From: Octopus sinensis
Lineage: Eukaryota
Length of the DNA stretch: 64,000 nt
NCBI RefSeq assembly: GCF_006345805.1
Contig: NC_043000.1
Location: forward strand, 41,168,001-41,232,000
Reading direction: 5' to 3'
Position numbers and translations under genes: made by a program. Below are positions 52,390-64,000 of the stretch, piece by piece. Positions within the stretch are counted from its first letter, which is position 1. The number at the start of each line of letters is the position of its first letter. The notes under the pieces were generated by a model that was given only the letters and a program-made list of their open reading frames with translations, was not told the origin of the DNA and made no database searches.

Positions 52390-55300
52390 AACATGGTGAA
52401 CTAATATATAAGAACGTACTCCCGTATTTGTTTGAGTGTTGCGTCTTTTGGGTGCTTGGATAAGATGAAGATGTCAAGTTAACCCAAGTTACCTTCATGG
52501 TGGCCTTTGGCATGTTGGTAGAGTATGGGGGACTGTTTTTGTCGTCATATTGTCTCAAATGTTCATTTAGTCGTTCTGCAATGGTCCTAGATGTCTCACC
52601 TATGTACGTCATGTTCATGTCTTTACAAGCACCTTCTATGCATCTTATGCTGTAAACTACATTTCGAGTTCTACAGTTAATCCTACATATCATGCAGTTA
52701 TCATTGCTGCATATGGTATTCTCAAAGGGGTACGTCCTACGTAGTTGTGATCTTACGGAGTTCCCTGGCTTTTCAACAATCTTAATGTTGAGTTTGGTCT
52801 CCTTCAGACCTTTTCTAAATCTACGGGCTAGTTCTCCATGGGCTGTGGCCTCTACAAACATCACTCCTTGATATTTATCGGTTTTATACCACGTGTTCGC
52901 CCTGTTTGCTTTGTCACAATTTCTTTGTATCCTATTCCATTCTTTGTTTCTATATCTAGGACAGGTAGCACTGGTATCATTACGTATAATGTTGTTTAAT
53001 TTCTTTCTAGCCCACCCCCACCTGTATACTCGAACCCTATCTTTCTGATCATATCCAGAGAACTGCATGCGGTGCAAGAAGTTCTGTATATGTTTTTTTT
53101 TCGTTTCATAGGGTTCGCATAGTAGGGACACTTTGTTCATTATTCTAATTCTGCTATCAGTGTGTTAATTTTCAAGTTGTGTGACAAAGCTGAGTTCTTG
53201 TGAAGAACATATTTTGAAGTTATGGGTTTCATGTAATAGGAGTGGAGGAGCTGCATTCTATTGTTCACCGTCTCTAACCAAAGTTCAGTATCAAGTACAG
53301 GGAGTCTATTGTTGGGGTGCTTAGTGGGGTAATCTATGGTTACCTTGATACTTTGGTGAATGGAGTTAGCTATTTGCTGGATGCTCTCCATTACATTCCA
53401 AGTTTCTACACTACCGTCACTAGAGTTGGTCCTAACTATGATATTAATGTCATCTACATATCTACTGTAGAGTAGAAGAGTTGTGGACTGTTCTGCTAAC
53501 ATTTATTTAAGTTTTCTGTCCCACCAGGTCATGAAGAGGCCGGCCACATCTCCAGCTACACCGACACCGATGGCTACACCTTGAATCTGCATGAATGGTT
53601 TTTTGTTAAACTTTGCTATGTGGTTTTTCAAGGTGGTTTTTACACTGGTCCCTATTGCATGTGCAATCATTTCTTTCACTCGATTGTTCTCAAGGTTTTG
53701 GGTGGGTCAGCACTCTGTGGTACTTTTCTTCACTGCTGAAGTGATGATGGGTGGTCTTCCCCTCTGTGACCTGGTGGGGCAGAATCTACTGAGGTCATGG
53801 TCATCTAAGTAGCTAGTGTCATAGCATAGTCTGAGGAGGAGGCCCAGTTCCCTCGTATTAACCTTACGGAATTCCGCCTCACTCTCACAGATTTCCTGGA
53901 TGCATTTCTCCACAGCAAAATCTATGTCTATAGATGGGTAGAGTGAAATCACATCCGTACTACACAACCTCTGAGGTCCTTGGTGTGGTTGCAAGTACTG
54001 ATTTTACTGAGGATATCTTCCGTACTCACACAGACATCCGAAGACATCTCTATGAGAGGTCGTAATACCTGTGAGAGGAAGTAGGACAGTCTATAGTTGC
54101 TTGAGATGTTCGCTCCGCAAACTGGTCTGGTTGGGGGCCCCACGACAGGATTTATGTAGGGTTTGTGGTCTTTGCGTAACCCATATAGTATAGGAACATC
54201 ATTGTTGGATGCTTGGAAATTCTATGCCGTCCTTTTTATAGGTTGGAGTATGTTGCACCACATTCCCATGTGTACATTGAGGAGTTTTTCCATCCTGTCA
54301 TGTTCCGGTGGTGCAACTTCTCTCATGCTACTGATGTGTTGTTGCATGGTCTGGACATAGTTCTGTGGACTATCTATAGACAGTCTGACAGACTTGTCCA
54401 TAGGGAGGCACACTAATTCTCTGTTCCTAATCCGCTGTTTTAGTTCTTGTAGATCAGATGAGCTGAGTTGGTGGGTCCCCTCCTCACTATGTTTTTTAGT
54501 GGATTTGTTGTATCGGTCTAGAATATGTCTGAGTCAATTTATAGCTAAGGAGATCTTTGCTTCTGCTTCACTGTCAATTTGGGGTGGGATACATACCCTT
54601 TTGTTAAAGGGTAAGTCTGTGGGCTATATCCTCGTCAAGTCATAAGATTTGTTATTAGGGTTATAGATGACAGAGTGTAGAGTGATATTATCGTTGTGGT
54701 TGTTGTTATAGTTGCTGGTATTGTTGTTGTTGTTTTTGGTGGTGGTAGTGCTTGTCTTGTGCCTATTGTTATTGTTGTGGGTGGTGTTGATGTGGGTGGT
54801 GTTGTTGGTAGTGGTGTGGATGATGTGGTTGTTATCGTTATCTATGTGCGGGTTATTGCTGTTGTTGTTTTTGTTGCTATCGTCATCGTTTCTGTTGTTG
54901 TTATAATAGTTGTTTGTGATTCGTATGCTTGTGTTGTTGTTGTTGTTATAGTTGTCTGAGTGAGGAATGCTGTGGTTGTCATTGTTGTTGTTGTTGTTAT
55001 TGCCACTATTGTTGTCATCAACACCGCTACTGCTGTTGTTTTGATTTCGTATGTTTGTGTTGTTGTTGTTGTTGTATTGTCCTAACCTCCAACTTAATTT
55101 CAAGAACGTTTTTTCAATTTCAGACAGACAATCAATTTTTCTGACCTTTTTATATTTTTGTGGTAACTCTAAAGCATGCATTTCATCTGTATCTAGCTGT
55201 ACTACACCATATATTCCAGAGATGTATTTGTTGTTATTGTTGTTCTTGTTGATGGTGGTATTGTTTTCCAGTGCCTTGGCGTCGAAATCCTCTGGTAGTT

Positions 55301-55500
55301 TACATTCTGACATGACAATCCCGTCGATATTGTTTAGGTATTCGTATTGATTCTTACCATGCTGGGATCGTTGTTGTTGCTGTTTCATCCACTTGAGTTT
55401 ATTGTTGAAGTGATTGTTACAGGCATGATTAACTCGGCGGTATTCTTGTTGGATGTTTGTCATGAATCTGTCTCGTATGGAGTAGTGGTGTTTTTTACAT
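52390..55500 (-). mobile_element. Penelope-like retroelement, RT plus C-terminal GIY-YIG, decayed (best guess Nematis-like clade)
   Basis: In order: IYGVVQL..LELPQKY, TDLPFNKRVCIP, DKSVRLSI, PILYGLRKDHK, GPPTRPVCGA, STDVISLYPSI, QIQGVAIG, YSRYVDDI, RLPVLD, YYMKPITSK, RMQFSGY, NVVYSIRC..YIGETSR..RLNEH; several nonsense codons and frameshifts. Confidence 0.9.
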
Positions 55501-56012
55501 ATAAAAAACACAAACACGGACATGCAAGCACATGAATATGCAGAATACATACAGATGCACACACATACATACATATATACATATACATACACGCATATAT
55601 ACATACACATACATGCATACATACATACATACATACATACATACATTCAAGCATACATGCATGCATGCATGCTTAGGCACACACACACACACACACACAC
55701 ACACTGACCCACACACATGCGCACAAACAAACAAAAAGGAACGCAGTGCAAATAACTGACAGAGTCAAGACTATTAAAAAGGTTACAAGACGCAACGAAA
55801 ACTTTAGGGAAATAAAAATAAGGAGTAAGTGAAAATTTTACCGGTGCATGTGTTAAATTACAAGGCACGAAAAGAAAATGACTCTATCCAGACACAACAG
55901 AATATGCTTCAAAGCACAAACTCACATAAAGAATTTTGTAAGGAATGGAAACAACTTAAATGTACCGACACTGAACGGGAAGACAAAAAATGTTTGTTTA
56001 TCATGCAGCTTT

Positions 56013-56431
56013 GCAAGGAGTGGCTGTGTGGTAAGTAGCTTGCTAACCAACCACATGGTTCCGGCTTCAGTCCCACTGCGTGGCATCTTGGGCAAGTGTC
56101 TTCTACTATAGCCCCGGGCCGCCGACCAATGCCTTGTGAGTGGATTTGGTAGACGGAAACTGAAAGAAGCCTGTCGTATATATGTATATATATATATGTG
56201 TGTGTATGTGTTTGTGTGTCTGTGTTTGTCCCCCTAGCATTGCTTGACAACTGATGCTGGTGTGTTTACATCCCTGTCACTTAGCGGTTCGGCAAAAGAG
56301 ACCGATAGAATAAGTACTGGGTTTACAAAGAATAAGTCCCGGGGTCGATTTGCTCGACTAAAGGCGGTACTCCAGCATGGCCGCAGTCAAATGACTGAAA
56401 CAAGTAAAAGAGTAAAAAGAGTAAAAGAGTA
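56013..56431 (+). mobile_element. SINE family A, full length
   Basis: Complete head, internal (TA)/(TG)n and tail ending in gtaaaagagta repeats. Confidence 0.9.
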
Positions 56432-56628
56432 AGTTCCAAGTCGACTAATTATATCATTGTTTTGCAGAAAATTGTTCATTGGTTGAAAAATATTGTACAA
56501 GTTTAATAAAATTTTATATCTACTCAATGCATGAAGTGTCATAATTGGGCCCAAGGCCCAATGAAGAGCCCTCCACAGGAGCTAGCTTAAAAGCCACTCT
56601 ATCGGGCGGCTTTTAAGATTGTGTGTGT

Positions 56629-56677
<49 letters not shown>

Positions 56678-56833
56678 ATAATATAAAATATATATATAAT
56701 ATAATATAATATATATGTATCAATATTCACTTATACATATATACCTATATACATATATAAGCATAAACATACGTACTTATGTACGTATGTATATGTGAGT
56801 GTATGCGAGCATGAATGCTTGTGTGCATGAACC

Positions 56834-57050
56834 AGGCGGCGAGCTGGCAGAAACGTTAGCGTGCCGGGCGAAATGCGTAGCCGTATTTCGTCTGTCGTTA
56901 CGATCCCAGTTCAAATTCCGCCGAGGTTGACTTTGCCTTTCATCCTTTCGGGGTCGATAAATTAAGTACCAGTTTCGCACTGGGGTCAATCCCTTTGTCT
57001 GTCCTTGTTTGTCCCCTCTATGTTTAGCCCTTTGTGGGTAGTAAAGAAAT
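56834..57050 (+). mobile_element. SINE family C
   Basis: aggcggcgagctggcagaaacgttagc head and Nin-like domain; small deletion in the tail. Confidence 0.88.
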
Positions 57051-57229
57051 ATATTTATATATGTATATCTATATCTATATCTATATATATTATATATGTG
57101 AGAGTGTGTATGTGTGTGTGTGTGTGGATACATGCATGTGTACATGCAGGTATGTTTATATGTATGTATGTATGTACTATATAGCTATCTAGCCATTCTC
57201 TCTCTCCTCTCTCTCTCCTTTTCTTTCCA

Positions 57230-57266
<37 letters not shown>

Positions 57267-57534
57267 CTATCTTCGTATGAATATATGGGATTTCTGCATG
57301 TGTACTTATAGTTAATGCCTGTACGTATATATGAAAATATACATTTATATAGCTATTTAAGTACACATGCATGCAATTAGATGGATGTATATATGTAGAA
57401 TCCGATGAAAATGAGGGAAAAGAATGCACGAAATATTAAAGAAGGATTAGGAAAGAAAAAAAGATTATAAGTAATTGATATCATTGACAGCAATAAAGTT
57501 TTATTGTCGATGATAAATTGTATAGTCGGATATA

Positions 57535-57801
<267 letters not shown>

Positions 57802-58214
57802 GTGTGTATGCTTATATGTACATGTTGAGTTCAAGATTGCGAGCCCGTGTCTCTCAATATAAGCATATCTATCTATCTTTCTCTTTCTCTCTCTGAATAT
57901 AATATGAACACACACACACATATGCGCATACACACACAAACATATACTGAGCGTACTTACATGCAGACTTCCATACTCACATATATAAATGCACACACGT
58001 ACACATATACATCAAGTAATAACTTTGATCGAAAAATAAACACTACTACTTAGAATGTGTGTGTGTGTATATATATGTGTGTGTGTGTGAACTCTAACAA
58101 ACACAAATATGTAGATATATAGATAGATTGATACATAGATACATAGATAGATGTGTGTGTTTACATGTGCATACACAAATGCTTAAACGCATATATATAC
58201 ACATTTATACACAG

Positions 58215-58303
<89 letters not shown>

Positions 58304-59214
58304 GTATGTGTAAAGGGAAGGAGCAGGGAGGGAATACTAGATGGTTCTTAACTCAAGCAATTTTCTAAAGGAAAGACAAGGCTATTGCCCCCAAAATAAA
58401 CAAATTTATAAGAAAATAACACTATAAAATAATTAAAAAGAAAACGATAATAAAAGGCGCGAAATTTCAATTGAATCTCTCAACTGCCCATCCGTCCAGG
58501 TGGCTAGATTCTGTTCACCTCGCATTATATTGCCCTTGAATCTACCCGCTTTCTCCCTCTTTTCTTTTCATAACTCTACCCTTTTTGCCCGTGTCATACT
58601 CTCTTTTCAGTCGCCTTGTCACACCCCTCTACCCTTCCTTCGTTCAGGTTAACCAATAGCTCATTATTCTTGCTATATAAAGCTATTGTATTTTCACCTC
58701 ACTATCCTTCTTTCTCTCACCCCCCCTCTCTCTCTCTCATCTTTCTTTCTTTTTCCTTCTTTGTCATTCGTTACTCTTTCGTCCTTACTCTGTGGTGTGT
58801 GTGTGTATATATATATATATACACAAACAAATGTGTATCTGTGTATATGTATAATTGTCTATTATTTCATGTTATTTTTTTATTTTCGCTATTTTGAAGA
58901 ATCCCTTTCATTTTGCCAAACTTCCCAGTCTCAACGCTCTATCTTTCCATCTTTTATTTGTATCTTCTCCCTACCTCTTTTTTTTTGCCCCCCCCCCCCT
59001 CTCTCTCTCTCTTCCCCTTTCTCTTCTTCTCTGCCCGCCTCTCTATTTTTATTACCCTGCATCGTTTCCTGTTTCTCTTCCTCTGTTTCTCTTTCGCTTT
59101 ATCTCAGTCATTCCCTTCGTATCTTTCTCTTTCTTACTCATTATTGTTATATCTAATTCCAATAAATTCTATCCTCACTTCGCTCTTAAGTGAGTTGAGT
59201 GAAAGTTGTTGGAT

Positions 59215-60040
59215 ATGCGCTTAGTGTTAAAGTTAGTTTAGGTTTAGCACTAGGTTCAAACTGAGTTTAGTTTTAGGTCCAGGCTTGTGGAGACTTTTAA
59301 CTTCAGACTTAGGGTTTGGTAAGCTTTATTGTTAAAATCATTTTGGTTAATGATATGCTTGCGTTTAAGGATAAGCTTAGACATATGCTCAGCATTATGA
59401 TTCCTTATGTGTTAAGGATAGAGACGGAGTGTAGTTTAAGGTTAGGGCTTTCGATAGAGACAGAATGTGGTTTAGTGTTAGGGGTTACCCAGAGAGTAGC
59501 TAGTGTTAATGTTATAGTTACTGTTCGGTTTAAATTTATATTTTCGTTTCGGTATAGGGTTAGGGTTATGGTTAATTTTTAGGATTAGAATCGTATTATG
59601 GATAGTATTAGTATTTGGATTAGGACTACAATCAAGGTGTGTTTGTGGAAGTTACAGAGGAGAGCGAGGGTTAAGGTTAAGGTTTTGAGGTAGAGTTAAC
59701 TATAGGATCAGGATTGCAGTTCGACTTACGGCTATGTTCAGTATTCGTATTAGGTTTACTGATTAGTGTGAATGTTAAGCATTGCTTCAGGCTTCAATTT
59801 ATTAGATTTGTTTTATGTTCATTGGTAGTTATAAACATACAATTTTTTCATGGTTCATGGTAAAGGAAAAGTTAGTTTAGGCTTAGTTTAAGGGTTGCTG
59901 AAATATTAGGCTTGAGTTAGAATAGGTTTAGTATTAGAATTATGGTTATAGTAAGAGTTAACTTTGTATTTAGACATATGGTTCGATTTAGGAATAAAAT
60001 TAGAGTTAATTTTAGTCTTAGAGTTAATTTTAGTCTGGAA
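59215..60040 (+). repeat. Highly degenerate (TTAGGG)-like hexamer tract
   Basis: 6-bp phase persists, e.g. ataggg ttaggg ttatgg, ttatgg atagta ttagta tttgga ttagga, ttaagg ttaagg. Confidence 0.55.
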
Positions 60041-60925
60041 CAAATTGATTTTAGGGGTAATTTACAGAATTTCATTAATTTTCAGATTCATATATGCAAG
60101 TTATTGCATTAATATTGATGTGAGATAAAAACGCTTATATGATGAAAAGTTTCCCTCTGCACAACTAATTTCATACCCAAACTCTGGATCGATTCTAAGG
60201 CATGTCATAAAATAGTCGCTCAGTAAGACCGAATTCAGCTGCAAAAACGTCTTAAACAGAGAGTCATAACTGTGTCCTTTCCCCGATATCTCTGTGGAGA
60301 TGAGTTGTAGAGCGTTAAGTGTTCTGTATAGATATACAAAACGGTAACATTTAATCTAACAATACAACTCCTAACCTAATCCCAACCACTCTTAAAGTAC
60401 AGAAGAGATACGAAGAAAAATAGATGCGAAGGAAAATACCTAGTTTGTTTATTGTACCCAGAAATTCACATCGTAATAAGTAAGCCACCTGAGTGTTGAG
60501 AGTGATATATTTTTGTCATAGATGATGACAACAACAACTACAGTAACAAGAAAACCAGCGAAGAGGACTCTTGCACTTGGATAGAAGAATTCATTATCTC
60601 AGTAGAATTCTGATGACATATCTTTGGCGTATGCTAGTATAGTAGAGATAGGAACATGTTAGCATGACATTATTTGTTATTCTAGAAACGTAAAAATACC
60701 GCACAAAGAAACATACATGGTTATGAAACAACATCGGCTTCAATAAAAACAAGAGAAAAACAAGGAACAAAAAAGTAATGACGAATTTAAGCTCACGATA
60801 AACTAGCAAATCTTGCAATTATGTGTGCGCGCACGCACGCGTGTAAACATATATATATATATCTATTCATCATTTTCACTCCCTCCCTTTCCCCGTCTCC
60901 CTCCTCTTCCCCCCTCTCTTTCTTG

Positions 60926-60972
<47 letters not shown>

Positions 60973-61075
60973 GTATGTATATAGTGGTGTGCTAATGTAG
61001 GATTTTCTATGTAGGTGTGTGAGATCACAGGAAGAAAGAAAGAGAGAAAGAAAGAAGGAAAGAAAGAAGGAAGGA

Positions 61076-61123
<48 letters not shown>

Positions 61124-61644
61124 ACATAAATATTGGTGTGAGTCAGTAGCTCGCCAGAGGTGGGCAACCAACAGCAAATTACATACAATGTAAAAGCATA
61201 CAAAATGCTGAGCTGCAAACTTGTGATTTGATTGGATGATGTGGGACGTGAGACCTATGGAAGTGTAATGCTCTATGATGACGGCAGCAGTGTTATGAAG
61301 GTCTGTTGCGACTATTTCTTAGCTCCATGTTCATTGTGATCGTATAAGACACATGATCAAATGTATTCCAGATACGACAGTATCGTCTTTTTGTACAACT
61401 CGGGCTACATACTACATTGTGTAATGTGTCCACCCACTTTTCTAACATAGAGTGTGATTTGAAAGTGGATTGGTCGTTAGTTCTAGGAAGTCGTGGAACC
61501 TCATAGAAGTCTTAGCGACAATAAAGGTAGTGGTTGTATTGGTGGCGATGCCAAAGTTGGAAGGTGTGTCTTCGGTAGTAATGAGGTAAAGGCTTGATGC
61601 TCCTGGGAGGAATTCCTGAGTTGATGGAATCAACTAACAAACCA

Positions 61645-61716
<72 letters not shown>

Positions 61717-61812
61717 GTCTGTCTGTCTGTCTGTCTGTTTTTCTATCTGTCTGCCTCTCTCTCTATATATATGTATATATATATATGTAAATATATATAT
61801 ATATATATAATA

Positions 61813-61872
<60 letters not shown>

Positions 61873-61939
61873 TAATGCAATACAAAGTATTGCCTTCCAG
61901 TAAAAAGTAGCCCGTGAGGGAAAATACACAAATTAGTAA

Positions 61940-62197
61940 ATAAATGGCACAACTAAGTACCGATATTTACTGGAAATAGCGAACGTAAAAATACGACGCT
62001 AATGTGTAGCTTCACCGCGTATGTATTAGCAAAAATGCGTGTGTGCAACAAAATAGAGAAAAAAAAAACCGTCTTACCTTTCTCTATTTTGTTGCACACA
62101 CGCATTTTTGCTAATACATACGCGGTGAAGCTACACATTAGCGTCGTATTTTTACGTTCGCTATTTCCAGTAAATATCGGTACTTAGTTGTGCCATT

Positions 62198-62200
<3 letters not shown>
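61940..62200. repeat. Palindrome with ~122-bp arms and a 17-bp spacer
   Basis: 61940-62061 is the reverse complement of 62079-62200 with no mismatch seen by eye. Confidence 0.95.
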
Positions 62201-62273
<73 letters not shown>

Positions 62274-62515
62274 AAATATACACAGTGTATGCGTGTGTGC
62301 GTTTATATATATAAAATACAAAATGGGACAAGAACGCAAAACATCCGGACAACTAGGTGATACAAAAAGGAACAACAAAACATCCAGATAGACGATACAA
62401 AAAAAACACACAAGGACGGGTCATTCGAAGCTTTCTATTCTCAGTCAAGAACGGTTCATCCACGCAATTTCGGCTGATTAATCTTGAGATTGCTCCAATC
62501 TGGCCAGCCTCAAGG

Positions 62516-62579
<64 letters not shown>

Positions 62580-62699
62580 CGTGTGTGTGTGTTATTTAAT
62601 AGACACAGTACATATTTTTATGTGCTACTAATAGTTTATTTGCCGAGAACATAACAAACAATGTATTATAACATGTCTGATATCAGAGACAGCGCACAT

Positions 62700-63075
62700 G
62701 GCATAACGAACTAAGTTTTGATGTAGATTTGCCAGATTATGCCTTATTTAACATCTTTTGTGTATGATCGTTTCTGTCTAAGCAAGACAGGCTTTAGATG
62801 TCATCAGAAAACCTACACGGTCAAGGAAGTTGTTAACTATATTTTATACAGCATCTCTATTTGCTGTCAGTGTGGAAAACAAAGTGAGATATATTGAAAC
62901 ATCCTGTGGGAATTTACCAAAACAATTCTGTAGCACCGACAGCAAGAGAGACAACCATCGTTGTCGCAAATTTACCAAAAGATGTGAGTCCCTTGCAGGA
63001 GTGAAAAGCCACATCCGTGTTGCTCATATTCAAGAGAAAAATCAAATGATGGCATTACTCGAAATCGTGTTGCAT
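62700..63075 (+). mobile_element. RTE-like LINE 3' end with two decayed C2H2 fingers
   Basis: DRFCLSKTGFRCHQK and HRCRKFTKRCESLAGVKSHIRVAH parallel the fingers of the 18441-21450 element. Confidence 0.55.
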
Positions 63076-63312
63076 TCATTCTGTACGTTTTTAGATAATT
63101 ATTTTGTATGTGTTCGTGTTTGTGTTTTCACAATAAGTATAATACTCTTGTTTTTGTAACTGTATGTATGAATCTATATACGCTTTCATAAGTTTTACTT
63201 GTATACAAACATATATACGCATGTATACGTATGTATCTCTATGCGTGTATTTGCTTGATTATGTGTGCATGTATGTACCCATAAATTGTATGTATGTATG
63301 TTTGTATGTACG

Positions 63313-63346
<34 letters not shown>

Positions 63347-64000
63347 TGTATGTATGTATGTATGTATGTATGTACGAATAACTTTCCCGTATAAGAAAAA
63401 CACTTTCAAAGCAAAAATGTAGTTGAACTACAATAACAATTCAAGGAGAAACATTTAATGTAATAATACGTGACTATAACATTTCAACTTTGGCAATGCA
63501 TGTGACGATTCCTTTTGATGTTTGTTTATATTTGGCGTGACAAGATAAGAGTCAGTCATTTATTGAGTGACAAGTCCCTTTCTTGGCGTCCAACAATGCT
63601 TTTAGGTTACGGGTTGAAGTATTGGAATGTTTTGTACATTTTTCAGTCCCACTGACTCAATGATCCTGTCTTCTGTATGCGGTACCATGTCCATGGAAGA
63701 TTAGAAATTATAAAAAAAATATCGGGTATAATCACTATAAAATCCACTTGGATATGTAAATGGATCTCGGTCGATTTCGACGACGTGTAATCAGTTGTTG
63801 GATCAGCTGGACGCTTAGCTCATTGAATTAACTGACAAAATTCCATGAATGTATGCGCTGTTAAAGCAGTGCTTAAGTATTATCAGCGTCACACTGCATT
63901 TGTGATGGTTAGACATTTGATTTACAAGTATAATCTATCCTAAAGGTTTCTAAAAAGTTTAAGTCTACCGAAATTTCACTCATATGGTTGGGGTCGACTG

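Noticed and set aside
52390-55500. Naiad-type PLE with selenocysteine recoding
   Set aside because: The endonuclease is C-terminal, not N-terminal; the cysteines near GIY-YIG are ordinary Cys codons; most stops found are TAA/TAG, and the TGA near 53707 is not at an evident conserved Cys.
56589-56620. Hairpin cttaaaagcc-N12-ggcttttaag resembling a terminator
   Set aside because: Short isolated inverted repeat in AT-rich eukaryotic DNA with no associated gene or element end.

Overview
AT-rich, microsatellite-saturated eukaryotic DNA with no recognisable intact host protein-coding gene. The repeat families, recognised by eye without a database search, look like an octopus-type cephalopod intergenic or intronic region. 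Nearly all listed ORFs are microsatellite artefacts or decayed transposon frames. Retroelements supported by the sequence: a ~3 kb decayed RTE LINE with C-terminal C2H2 fingers (18.4-21.4 kb), a ~3.1 kb Penelope-like element (PLE, 52.4-55.5 kb, minus strand), a Neptune-type GIY-YIG fragment, two R4-like fragments, CR1 and L1/Tx1 fragments, and about 15 tRNA-derived SINE copies from several families. DNA elements: a Tc1 fragment, a TIR-bounded Academ-like derivative, two non-autonomous Helitrons and MITEs. Most notable observations: (i) a 4 kb, 34-bp minisatellite whose unit matches a segment of a local SINE tail; (ii) several minimal type I hammerhead-ribozyme motifs, including a head-to-head pair in a 346-bp palindrome and one with a 92-nt loop II; (iii) a C-terminal-endonuclease PLE with a long insertion in the RT fingers and an in-frame poly-Asn expansion; (iv) foldback elements with a tRNA-like core and several near-perfect long palindromes; (v) an ~800-bp eroded TTAGGG-like tract. 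Family names and alignments are by-eye assignments, and boundaries of decayed elements are approximate.
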